A DNA stretch of 32,316 nucleotides, filler included, from Stegostoma tigrinum (Eukaryota), in the NCBI RefSeq assembly GCF_030684315.1. It is 2 parts of 2 records of this genome, joined end to end, with 100 filler letters (N's around TTAATTAATTAA, not from the genome) between each part and the next. Parts side by side here need not be neighbours in the genome. Positions count along the whole stretch, not along the records: positions 1 to 13,569 come from NC_081396.1; positions 13,670 to 32,316 come from NC_081393.1. One strand, written 5' to 3'. The notes under the pieces are model-generated. The model did not search any database. It saw nothing but the letters and a program-made list of their open reading frames with translations, and was not told the DNA's origin. The first letter of the stretch is position 1. Every line of letters begins with the position of its first letter. This document shows, piece after piece, positions 10,880 through 21,835 of this stretch. The translations under genes and the position numbers were made by a program.

Positions 10880-11400
10880 TGCCTGCTCACCATCTACAAG
10901 ACACTGGACAGCGGTGAGACGGAATAATGTCTACTCCTGTGGATGAGTGAAACTTGAATAGTGTTTCATAAACGTGGCACCATTCAGAACAAAGGAATAC
11001 ACTTGTTTGCAACCCCATTTGTCATGTGCAATATTTATTTCTTTTCTTCAAATGCACTGGACCGTTGTGGGATATCAGCGAGTTAGAGTGTAGAAAATCA
11101 GCTGGTTTCCTTCCCCTGCAAATTTTTATCCCACGACCTGGAACACCATGAGGGATGGGGCAGCAAATGAAAGTCATCACAATCAACTGTAACTCATTTT
11201 CTCTGTGTAACAATGTTGGCGCTTCTTCACAACTGTTCGGCCAAATATTCTACCACTCCCGTCCAAGAAATAGCATGAGTACCTGCTTTGTAAGTTCTAT
11301 AATGGTGGAAGAAAGCAACTTTCCTGCACATCCCCATGGATAAAAAGAAACATGCAAAGAATGTGACTGGAGGCAGCAATGCCGACATCACATGCACAAA
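10880..11400 (+). mobile_element. Degenerate L2/CR1-group LINE 3' end
   Basis: Same decayed element family as the minus-strand copy at 22530-22800 (shared ggggcagca...cagcaatgcc(g)acatc tail); boundaries approximate. Confidence 0.5.
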
Positions 11401-12609
11401 ACTAATCAAACAATATAAGGGCCAATATTTTTCTTTTACAAACTCGGCAATTGTTTGTCCTTCACTGCTTGTCTGGTGATGTACTTTGAATTCTCTACCA
11501 TGATGGCGTATACTGCCAACACAATACTCTCTACCTATTCCACCTGGTGTTCAAACTGGAAGAACGTTAAATTATCAGTCAAGATACTGTTGCATGGCAG
11601 AATCAAACAACAGAAAGGGCACAGCATCACTGATTTACTTCCTTAATCCAAGACATTTAATGGAGTCACGAGTCAATGTTGATCGCTGCCTTGCAACTCT
11701 ACCCCAAGTATCTGGCAATGCCCTGCCACTTCAGATGGATCTGTCTGGCAGTTGGAATGGAATTTTTTTTTAAATGGTGAAATAGATCAAATTTGTTGGC
11801 TTGCAAAGACCTAATTTCCTTGCAGACAAATCCATTTTCTGTAATATTAGGCAGGAATTAGTTGGAATGTGTTCACTCTGTCTCCCACAACACAGGAAAT
11901 CATAAAAGTTGCTTCACATTCTTACGTCATCAGGTTTTTATGATTGTTTCATTGTGATCCTGTAATAGGGATTATCCAGTCACTTTTCAAGCTTAGTCAA
12001 TTTAAACAGCTTTGGGCGCATGGAGAACCTGATGTAGTATGAGAGACAGTGCTCAATTTTAACAAAATGCTTACAGAAGCACAGTCATAGAAAGGACAAG
12101 ACAATTTAAATTTCACAGAAATCTCTTGATTGACAAATCTCTCNNNNNNNNNNNNNNNNNNNNNNNNNNNNNNNNNNNNNNNNNNNNNNNNNNNNNNNNN
12201 NNNNNNNNNNNNNNNNNNNNNNNNNNNNNNNNNNNNNNNNNNNNNNNNNNNNNNNNNNNNNNNNNNNNNNNNNNCTGAGGAAGGATCACTGGAAGAGAAA
12301 ATTTAAGAACTCTCTCCTTGGATGTTGCCAGAGCAACTGAGTTTTTCCAGAAATTTCTCTTTTGGTTTCTCATTTGCAGCACCTGTTGTATTTTAGGTTT
12401 TATTCAATTGAACTCCTCCTCTATTCAGTTGTAGTCCAACTGAAATATCAAACTTGTTATTGAGAAATTCTTATAAAACTGAATGGTGATGGTATTAAAG
12501 TGTTTTTATTACTTAGTTACAACAGATAAGACGTGCTCCTGGAGAGCAAAGTAAAAGATCATGACCAACAAATGACATAAAGCAAAACTAAGCTGAATTT
12601 ATGCTGCTC

Positions 12610-12912
12610 AAGGTACCCAGTCTCCCTTTCATCCACAGGCATCGGTCTGTGCTGATATTGCACATTCTCCACATGTCTGCGTGTGTTTCTGCCGGGTGTT
12701 CCCGTTTCCATCCACAGTCCAAAGTGTCCAGGTGAGCTGGAACGGCCATTCATTATTGCTCAAAGTGGAAAGGGGTCTGTATGTTCGGTGGATGAGCCAT
12801 GAGAAATTCAGTGTTAATGGGGAGGGGACTGATTCTAGTTGTGCTGCTGTTCGGAGCGGCAGTGTGGATGTGTTGGACTGAATGTCTGTTTTCACACTGT
12901 AAGGATCCTATG
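12610..12912 (+). mobile_element. HE1-like (V-SINE) shark SINE
   Basis: V-SINE core-like ttgcacattctccacatgtctgcgtgtgtttctgccgggtgttcccgtttcc...cacagtccaaag and tail gactgaatgtctgttttcacactgtaaggatcctatg. Confidence 0.7.
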
Positions 12913-12955
12913 AATTGATAGAGTTTAACTTGCTTAATCCGACATTCTTTCCCAG

Positions 12956-13252
12956 TGACTCCGTCTTCGCCGACACTTTATGGTCTAGTCTCCTGTCGTG
13001 AACACAGCACTCATGACTCTGTGATTTTTGGATGCTTGGCGATGGACTACTCCCCTGATGTCACTACTGTGACCTGGAAGAAAGATGGGACGCAGATCAC
13101 GAATGGATTTAAGACATACCCATCGGTGAGAAACAAGAAGGGAACTTATACCCTGAGCACCCAGTTAGCCCTGACCGGTGCAGCTGCGCATTGTGGAAAA
13201 GTCTCCTGTGAGGTTCGACACAGCGGGTCCGACAAGAGCAAAGAAATACAAT
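12956..13252 (+). CDS. IGHM: IgM heavy chain constant exon CH1 (C-mu-1)
   Basis: Acceptor ttctttcccAG (ends 12955) and donor GTAAGT (13253). Translation (V)TPSSPTLYGLVSC...FGCLAMDYSPDVTTVTWKKDG...TYPSVRNKKGTYTLSTQL...VSCEVRHSGSDKSKEIQ is a C1-set domain with the light-chain-linking Cys, resembling shark C-mu-1. Confidence 0.93.
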
Positions 13253-13324
13253 GTAAGTGTTGTGGGAATGTGGTAGACAGATAAGTGTGCTTTACATAAA
13301 TACGGTCTGATTCATAACACCATT

Positions 13325-13569
13325 TCACAGAATCGTAGATCTATACAGCAGAAAAAATAGCCCCTCGGCCTATCTCGTAGATACAAAAGAAAACTACCCA
13401 TCTATTCCAGCCCATTTGCCCACACAGAATGAATTGCCTTGTTGATTTGACATTGCAAGTGTAGGCTTCAATATTTCTGACATGTTATAAAGTTTTCAGC
13501 TTCAACATGACTCACAGGCATGCGGCTCCAATTCCAACATTGTCTGGATGATTTATTCCATTCAAAACA
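13325..13569 (-). mobile_element. CR1-type LINE 3' fragment
   Basis: Starts with the reverse-complement tail (cacagaatcgtagatctatacagcag...gcccctcggcc), like the copy at 16170; truncated by the gap. Confidence 0.5.
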
Positions 13570-13669
13570 NNNNNNNNNNNNNNNNNNNNNNNNNNNNNNN
13601 NNNNNNNNNNNNNTTAATTAATTAANNNNNNNNNNNNNNNNNNNNNNNNNNNNNNNNNNNNNNNNNNNN
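13570..13669. other. Artificial 100-bp scaffold/contig linker with six-frame stop
   Basis: Exactly 44 N + TTAATTAATTAA (13614-13625) + 44 N; base composition and gene content change across it. Confidence 0.95.
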
Positions 13670-13914
13670 ATGGACAGGCTGGGCAGAAGGACCTGTTTCC
13701 ATGCTGTAGACCTCGAGCACTGCGATGCTTCCTCCATTTTTTTTTGCTGTCAAGAACGAAGCCTTGTGGTACAGAAGCTTTTGACCCCTCTCCACTCTGC
13801 AGTCAATGTCTGCAAGCAGAAACCCTCTCTTTGGCCTTCAGCAGGTACGTGTTTGGGGTTATGTTCACGTTCCAAACTCAGGCCGTTAACCACTTCTACA
13901 TCATCATCAACATA

Positions 13915-14008
13915 AACAGAAATTGCTGGAGACGCTCAGCAGGTCTGACAGCATCTGTGGAGAGAAATCACAGTTAACGTTTCAGGTGGACTGACCCTTC
14001 CTCAGAAC
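13915..14008 (-). mobile_element. Penelope-like terminal fragment with minimal hammerhead motif
   Basis: Reverse complement reads gtt-CTGAGGA-agg-gtcagtcca-cct-GAAA-cgtt-aac followed by ctctccacagatgctgtcagacctgctgag. Decayed relatives lie at ~8015-8135, 12275-12400 and 18745-18805. Confidence 0.65.
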
Positions 14009-14435
14009 AGACACACAGCAGCTTTAATGATCAAAGCCAGACCAAGAAAGTTTCTCCTCTGAATGTGCAGTGCAACAAATAGCCAGGGCAAGTCATAAAT
14101 CAACCCCCTCACTTCTCCGCATTCCAGCTCTTGTTCATTTCACGCAGAATAATATCCTGACCCTCGGAGGGATCGTGTAGGGAGACTCCCACTGTGGCAA
14201 CTCTGGGCCAGAAGCCCTGGGTACAAGCCCCACCAGCTCCAAACAGTGTGGTATGACATTGCCAAGCTCCAGCAACACAGAGGCTCTGGGTCCGAGAGAG
14301 GGAGGATGGGAAGGATTCAGACCCTCATTTGACCTTTGATGAGCATCAGTTTAATTCTGCATCAGTTACATACATGAGAATCAGTGAGAGGCTGTACAAC
14401 AGGAGACATCCCGGCATCTCCTCAATCAGGCACTC

Positions 14436-14812
14436 TCCCAGCAGCCTGCAGACCCCAAACCCAGCCGCAGTCCTTACCATCCCCTCCCCTCCCCTCCACC
14501 ATCCTCTCCCCTCCCAGCAGCCTGCAGACCCCGACCCCAGCTGCAGTCCTTACCATCCCCTCCCCTCCTCTCCCCTCCACCATCCTCTCCCCTCCCAGCA
14601 GCCTGCAGACCCCGACCCCAACCGCAATCCTTACCATCCCCTCCCCTCCCAGCAGCCTGCAGACCCCGACCCCAACCGCAATCCTTACCATCCCCTCCCC
14701 TCCCAGCAGCCTGCAGACCCCGACCCCAACTGCAGTCCTTACCATCCTCTCCCCTCCCCTCCCAGCAGCCTGCAGACCCCAGCCCGAACCGCAGTCCTTA
14801 CCATCCCCTCCT
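14436..14812. repeat. C-rich minisatellite (54-81 bp units) overlapping the exon end and donor of the F-box exon
   Basis: Core cagcagcctgcagaccccgaccccaaccgcagtccttaccatcccctcccctcc repeated six times; spacings 76, 81, 54, 54 and 59 bp. Confidence 0.93.
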
Positions 14813-14988
14813 CTCTGATAACCCCTTCCAGAGGGAATCCGTGCGCACCATTCGCTCCATCAGTTTCTTCCAGAGCATCCCGTCGGATATGACCCGGTAC
14901 CACTCCTTACAGACCAGCTCAGCGGCACACAGGGAGCGGGCATCCAGGAACGACAGGATGTTCTCTGCAATGTGGTCCAGGCCACGGG
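14802..14988 (-). CDS. beta-TrCP family (BTRC/FBXW11-like) F-box exon
   Basis: (A)[61 protein letters not shown](W). AG acceptor at 14990-14989, GTAAG donor at 14801; 187 nt; phase matches the preceding exon. Confidence 0.95.
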
Positions 14989-15384
14989 CTGCACAACGAG
15001 ACACAAGACAAGGTGAGAATGAACCAACTGAGGCAGTGCACCAGCTTAACCTAAGCATGGGGCTCAGCTCCAACTAACCCCAATCCATCAGCAGACCCTG
15101 AGCCTCTCACTGATGCTGGGTGTTGGCACAGACTTGGGCCCTAAACACCAATGTCTCCTGTGTTATAAAGTCTGGGCAGAGGCCACCACAGTCCACAGCA
15201 AGGCCATTCAGCCCCTCAGACCTTCTACACCATTGAACAAAGTCAGGTCTGATCTGTGACCATACTCCATTCCTTTCCATCACCTCTCCCAAGTTCATGA
15301 AAATCTCGCTGGATTTCCTCAGATTCTTACTGACCAGGGAGTCCAGCGAGGGATCCCCAGACTGATTCTCGGGAGAGGAGGACT

Positions 15385-15800
15385 GGCATTTGAGGAAAGA
15401 CTAGAATCGACTGGGCTTGCACTCACTGGAATTTAGAAGAATGAGGGAGCTATCTCATAGAAGGATATAAAATCCTGATGAGACTGGGCAGGGTCGATGT
15501 GGGAAGGATACTCCCAGTGCTGGGGAAGTCCAGAACGAGGGGTCACAGTCTAAGAATAAAGGGTAAGTCATTCAGGAGTGAAATGAGGAAGAATTCCCTC
15601 ACTCAGAGATTTGTGAAGCTGTTGTGGTCAGTTCATTAGATATATTCAAGAGGGGGCTGGATGTGGCCCTTGTGGCTAAAGGGAATCAAGCAGAGAAAGT
15701 GGGAGTGGGATACTGAGATTGTATAATCAGCTGTGGTCACACTGAATGGTGGTGCAGGCTCAAAGAGGTGAATAGCCTGCTCGTGGCATCTATTTTCTAA
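15385..15800 (+). mobile_element. CR1-type LINE 3' end
   Basis: CR1 C-terminal motifs (gaggaaagactag...ctggaatttagaagaatgaggg like EERL..LEFRRMRG; agaacgaggggtcacagtctaagaataaagggt = RTRGHSLRIKG) plus a 3' tail. Confidence 0.75.
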
Positions 15801-16169
15801 TTGTCTATCACCTCAAATTTTAAAAATCTGCAGCAGAAGCCGTAAAGTGATCTATATTCGTGCTGGACGTTTACACAAGAGCCTAGCAGTTAGTTCCACA
15901 GCCCGGAATTTGGATGGTTCTGAACTAATTCCCACCAATGTCTGTGTGGATTTGCAGCTTCTGGTGCTACTTTCTGCTATTTTGGGAAGTGTTGTTGTGG
16001 GCAGGATGATCACTCTGTCTGAGAACTTGGGTTACCTCACTGTCAGTTTCCATCTTAAATCCACAAATCATCGCAATCTCTCTTGGTCCCCTTCCCAACT
16101 TCCAATTTTCTAAGACCTTTGTTCTTTTGACAAAAGCAGTACAGGCCAAATTGTAAACTGGACATAACA

Positions 16170-16610
16170 GAGTCATAGGGCTGGGCAGCACAGAAACGGG
16201 TCCTTCAGTCCAACTCATCCACGTCGACCCGATATCCTAAATTAGTATCCAGACCCGTATCCCTCTGAACCCTTCCCATCCAGCTGCCTTTTAAATGATG
16301 TCGCTCTACCAGCCTCCACCACTTCCTCTGGCAGCTCATTCCACCCTCTACTTGAGAAAAAGTGCCCCTCAAGCCCCTTTTAAATCCTCCCCCCTCTCAC
16401 CTTAAACCTGTAGTTTTGGATTCCCCTACCCTGGGGAAAAGACTTTGGTTATTCATCTAATCCGTGCCCCTCATGGTCTTAAAAACTGCCCTTCAGCCCC
16501 CAACACTCCGGGGTAAACGGCCCCAGTGTATTCAGCCTCTGCCCAAAGCTCAAACCCACTCCCCCCACAACCCTGCCAAGAGCATTGGAAATCTTTTCTA
16601 TGCCCTTTCA
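16170..16610 (-). mobile_element. CR1-type LINE 3' end
   Basis: Reverse-complement tail (agagtcatag...cagcacagaaacgggtccttcagtcc) and cagcctccaccacttcctctggcagctcattccac (reverse complement encodes WNELPEEVVEA). Confidence 0.75.
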
Positions 16611-17228
16611 AGTGGCATGGAGAAAGACACTGTGTTCAGAAGGTTATGGAAAGGTTTTATCAACAGTGACCTCAAATGGGGCCGAAGATACAAGATGATG
16701 ATGCTAAACCACTGTAGCTACATGGTTCATCTTCAGATCGATCACCGTGCCCAAGTCTGGATGCTACCATTCGGATCAAGACTGGCGCTGTGCTTGTTGG
16801 CCTGGGCAAAGTTAACAGGAACTTTCAGAGCTGTGTGAAATGACAGGGGGTTTCAGGTCATGGTGTTTGTATTGGCAGCAGGATCAGGTGACCAGAGGAG
16901 AGGGGGTCCTGGTAAATTCTAAAAGAACTCAGATGCTGGGGGCAGGTGAGGAGGATTCACTTGTTAAACGCAGTGAGAGAGTTGCTGTGATGAGAATGCT
17001 TTGCTTGATAGGGAGCTGAGTCAACGCTAACTATCGAAGGGATTGGGAGACCACGTTGAAAAGGAAAAGATCTACAAAGCTGTGCAGAAAGAGGAACCAA
17101 CGGAACGTTTGTTCAAAAGAGCCAGCACAGGCACGACAGGCGAATGGAGTGTTTGGGATGACGGGCATGGGCATGGAGTCCCACGTGAGTTGGGTGGTGT
17201 TCACTGTCCCTCTCCTCCCTGTGTGTAC

Positions 17229-17460
17229 CTGGCAGCACCGTGATGAAGTCCCTCTGAAGCATGGGCTTAAGGTAAGAGTTGATGTGCCCGTGTTGGTAGT
17301 GACACATTCGGGATATCAGGTTCTCGACAAATTCCACCTGATCGGTTTCAGTCCACTGGTCGAAGTATTTTACACACTGCTCCTTCTGTTTCTCATAGCT
17401 GGTCGATGGTGCATGCTGCTTCGTTGGTATCATGCTCGGCGTGCCATTGCTGAGTTTCGT
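17229..17460 (-). CDS. beta-TrCP family dimerization (D) domain exon
   Basis: [77 protein letters not shown]; AG at 17462-17461, GT at 17228; 232 nt. Confidence 0.95.
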
Positions 17461-18160
17461 CTGGAAAGGAATGAGAGTTTGTTCTTTAGAGAAACAGAAT
17501 TCTGGTTAGGTGCAGCAGTATTTTTTTCTAGTATTGAGAGAAGGTACAAGTATCAACCTGCGGCAGTTTCACAGGCACACAGCAGATAGATGGGAAAAGC
17601 AGGCGGAGACAGGGAGGAGAAAGGAGGGGTTGGACGAATTTGAAAAGCTCAGTCCAAGAGATTTTTATCCAGGGTCTTGCAGGAGGAAAACAAACGTGCT
17701 GCATTGTAAAGTGAATGGTTGTTTGACGGGGGGAGGGGGGGGGGGGGCGGCGATATAACAGGCTGAGAGGTGCAGTGGGTGGCAGAGCAGAGGCTGTAGC
17801 TGGAGCAACACAGCGTTTGAAGATAAAGACTGGGGTACGAGAGGATAATTTCAACTTGAGGAGGCTCTGCAAGCGGCCACGTGCAAAGCAAACACTCTGA
17901 CCTCATTCCCTCAGCACGAATAGTTCATTGGTTTGCACAGCCCGTGTCTTAACCAGCAGGTTAGATCACAGCTAGCTGGTCAACACTTGACAGGAAGTTC
18001 ACGCTAAATGGGTTGCTTTGAGGACACAGTGTTCAAAGTGGCTGGAATCCTCCCTCCCCGGCTTCAAAACACCAGCTCCATGGTGGGCAATTTGGTGGCG
18101 TTTGAACAAGGCGGGCGGCCCGTCGATATAGTCAGTCACAATGTCGCGAGGTATTGTCAC

Positions 18161-18238
18161 CTGATTAAATGTGTTCTTTCCCAATACAAGTTTCTTAGGG
18201 GGTTCAGCCTCATTAAGGTCATCGCGTCCAGACGCATT
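18161..18238 (-). CDS. beta-TrCP family N-terminal 78-nt exon
   Basis: NASGRDDLNEAEPPKKLVLGKNTFNQ, same length as and alignable to recalled BTRC NSSEREDCNNGEPPRKIIPEKNSLRQ. Pyrimidine tract and AG at 18240-18239, GTGAC donor at 18160, phase 0-0. Confidence 0.85.
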
Positions 18239-19239
18239 CTGGAGAGAGATGAGAGAAATCAAAACAGAGAGAGAGAGAAAGAGAGAGAAAACACAGCAGG
18301 TCAGATTTGGAGCTTCGCAAGGTCAAGCCATTCAAGAAAAAAACACCCATAAAGGTAAAGCAAAGGGAACAGGAGAAGGCGAACAAAGCAACAATGGGCT
18401 CAGCGAGTTACAATGACTGCTGCAATGTGCTTAGTGTCAACTCCAGTTCGAGTTAATATTGGGTGTTCATTCAAAGCCACTTCACCCCACCTCCCCTGAC
18501 AAACAACCTGATTGTGGCTTCTTACACAAATACCTGGCTTGAATTATTTACTACTTTTCTTACAACTTTACTTATAGGTAAACTGCAGACCCTTTCTAAC
18601 AAGGGGCTAGAATGTCTGCCGTTGCATAAAGTGTACCTGAGTGATCTGACACTGAATTAATAACATCGCACAGACAGACCCTGTGGCTCAGGCCCTATGT
18701 GTCTGCGCCTAACCCCAGTGCACCGTTACCAATGTTCTGCTCAGTTCCAAAGCAGGGTCACTGTTTCTGTCTCTCTCTGCAGATGCTGCCAGACCTGCTG
18801 AGTTGGCGTAGTAACGCACATTTCCGTTTCAATGTTTTGGCCAGCACCGTTTCCAGCCTGACATACTCACCTCACCTTCAACGTCATCTGCCTGCTCCCT
18901 GGGAACTCCAGGAGTTCATTCCCACGAGCGTCAGCCCCAGTGTTTGTGTATTGGGGTGGGGGGGCAACGGGAGAAGGAATACCATGTATTTTAATGCCCT
19001 CACTTTCCAACTGGTCCATCCCATTCGTTTGCGATTTAAACTCTGCGACAAAATCACCTCTGTTCTTTTCTGTTCTATCCTCATTTTCACAGCTCCCTTC
19101 ACATTTACTCAAACCACACAGCAGTGAATGCATTTGTGCTGCTCTCTGCCTCTCTTCCACAGTTATACTGCTCCACACAAACAAGACAGTGAGAAGGCCA
19201 TTCTGCTCACAAGCTTGCTCTGCCATCTCGTGGGCGATC

Positions 19240-19597
19240 TGATGCCAACCCAGCCCAGCCTGTCTCCGCTTCCCTAACCTGTTCTTCCTCTCACCCATCC
19301 CTTACTCCCACCTCAAGCCGCACCTCCATTTCCTACCTACCACCCCATCCCGCCTCCTTGACCTGTCCGTCTTCCCTGGACTGACCTATCCCCTCCCTAC
19401 CTCCCCACCTATACTCTCCTCTCCACCTATCTTCTTTTCTCTCCATCTTCAGTCCGCCTCCCCCCTCTCCCTATTTATTCCAGTTCCCTCTCCCCATCCC
19501 CCTCTCTGATGAAGGGTCTAGGCCCGAAATGTCAGCTTTTGTGCTCCTGAGATGCTGCTTGGCCTGCTGTGTTCATCCAGCCCCACACTTTGTTATC
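19240..19597 (+). mobile_element. Penelope-like element 3' end: pyrimidine-rich tract plus hammerhead motif
   Basis: C/T-rich tract followed by CTGATGA(19506-19512)-a-ggg-tctagg-ccc-GAAA(19526-19529)-tGTC-ag. A near-identical inverted partial copy lies at 21725-21835. Confidence 0.75.
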
Positions 19598-20742
19598 ACG
19601 ACGGCACATTCAGTTGTCAGAGAACAGTCGGCTAATCTGTGCAGCTTTTGAAAAGCACAAGCACTTCAATGAATTCTTCGTCCTGCTCTTTGTCCACCCA
19701 GCGACCAATACCTCCTCTTAGTGAGTTTAACATGCTTACTGGATTAAATTTCGGCTGCTCTGCTCTCTCTTGTGCCCACCGCCCCCCCTCAGTCTAACGT
19801 GCTCCGCAGCCCCATTTCCAGCTCCATTGCTGTCAACTCTCGTATACGACCCAGGACTGGAGATTGGGGCCTCATGCTGAAACCATACCCTGGGATCTAT
19901 CACTGGTATCCAACTCACATCAGTTTACCTTCCAATGCTGCTGGGTGACCTTCACTCCCTCTGTCTTATTGCACACCGAGTCCCCACCAAGACACAAAGA
20001 ATTTCACTTGGATAGAACCTGTAACTGAGGAGAACGTGCGAAGGTACCTCCCAGATATCTCACAAGCCCATGATGCTCCATGGCACACTCGAAACAGCCA
20101 AGAAAATCCTCACGCAGGAAGGGTGAGCAGAGGGGAATGTGTAGGGCAGCTTCACACAGCTTCAAGAGGCCTGTACAGGAGTGCTGTCACTACTGTCATA
20201 TCAGAATCGGAGCAAAACTACTCCCCTGCGCACAGCAAGATCCCACAGGCACTTCCTGGATCATTGACTGAGGGTTAAATGTTAATCAGACTTCACTCAC
20301 CTGCCCCACCCACCCCCTACACACAATAGCATGGGATCAGAGTTTCTCCTGATTATAATCACTGAATCCCTAGCCTGCAGCAAGAGGCCAATCGGCCCAT
20401 CGAGTTCCCCAGACCTTCCGACAGCACCCCACTGCCTGACCCCATCGCTGTCACCCCCACATGGAGGTTTGAGCAGGACATTCACCTGGAGACAGAGGGA
20501 TACACTCAGGCTTCAGCTCAAAGTTCCAGGAAATCTCCGACTCTGGACACAATCAAGACAAAAGATCTGATTGGGTGGGATACAAATCCTCAGGGAATTC
20601 CCTGCAACTCCCACGATTGTAACAACTGGTTAATTCCCAGCTCAGGGGGCAAAGTCAAACAGCTGCACTTGGACTGACACTCCACCTGTCGCCAACAGGC
20701 ATTCGCATGGCTCAGATAAACAAACTGCACTGTCACACCTGA

Positions 20743-20877
20743 GGGGGTGGGGGGGGGGGGGGGGGGGGGGGGGAGAAAGAGGATGGAGAAAGAGAGACAG
20801 CCAGCCAGACACACACACACAGACACGAGAGAGAGACAGAGAGAGAGAGAGAGATATACACAGAGATAAACACACAC
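20743..20877. repeat. Poly-G run followed by GA/CA microsatellite
   Basis: G5-T-G25 at 20743-20773, then mixed (GA)n/(CA)n. Confidence 0.9.
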
Positions 20878-21724
20878 GGTGCTGTCTGTCACTTGGCCAA
20901 CAGAAACTCTGGGAACACTGACGCAACACTGCTGGGAGAGAAGCCTCTGAACAGCGTTCCAAAAGTTTGTTACAACTTCTGTGAAAGCTGTCGGGCTGAA
21001 GATCGTAGCTCATCACAGCTCCCAGAAAGGGCACTGTGTTAATGCAGTACTGCAGCCAGGGATCATCTCCACGGATCAGGCTGGCAAAGTGCCTGCACAC
21101 CAGTATGACTGAGGCTGTTCTCCATTGGCCTGATGGAGCCGACACAGCTCGGAATCAGTGGCAGCTCCAAGTGTTCAGTTCCAGCCTCACATCACGCCGG
21201 GTTAAACCACAGAGACTCTCCTGGGCACCACACCATTGGAAAGATATCGCAGCTCCCAAGGTGAAAGCTGGCCAGAATGATAGCTGGACCCTAACAGTGC
21301 TATGACAAGGAGAGAGTCAAGAAACAAAAGGTTTTATTTCCTGTAAAGCAGAGCCTGAAGAAATAATTCTAGTTTGGATTTACAGCAGATGGAGTAAATA
21401 AGGTCACTTTAACAATTATCTAGGGATTGGCAGATTAATCATTGTCAAGAGATATTAGGGCATTACTAGTTTTAACCCCGGTCCAAAAACATTTACATCT
21501 GACAAATAAAAACTTCTCCAGGTTTGAGCACAAGCAGCTATATGGAGCTGGGTGACAGATTCACCATGATCTCAGTGAAGAACTGGTTGGAGGGCCTGAA
21601 TGGCCTCCTCCTGTTTTCTGACATCAATTGTGAGCTGAATCGCTCATGTTTGGAATCGCAGTCAACAGTGTTAGCCCCTGAGCGGTGGCCCATGCCTGAC
21701 AAATCCAATCAGGAAGAAGACCGG

Positions 21725-21835
21725 AGATAATGGGAACTGCAGATGCTGGAGAATCCAAGATAACAAAGCGTGGGGCTGGATGAACACAGCAGGCCAAGCA
21801 GCATCTCAGGAGCACAAAAGCTGACGTTTCGGGCC
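21725..21835 (-). mobile_element. Truncated Penelope-like terminal fragment
   Basis: 21759-21835 is the near-perfect reverse complement of 19521-19597. It is cut within stem II and lacks the CTGATGA box. Confidence 0.8.

Noticed and set aside
14436-14812. CRISPR-like array
   Set aside because: No unique spacers, vertebrate context and no cas genes.
14329-14892. Pro/Ser-rich repetitive ORFs
   Set aside because: They are translations of the minisatellite in several frames, with no independent gene evidence.
12956-14988. Functional linkage or convergent arrangement of IgM and beta-TrCP
   Set aside because: The two are separated by an artificial linker and both genes are truncated there.
17728-17748. 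G-run as a regulatory G-quadruplex
   Set aside because: Simple homopolymer of uncertain length with no supporting context.
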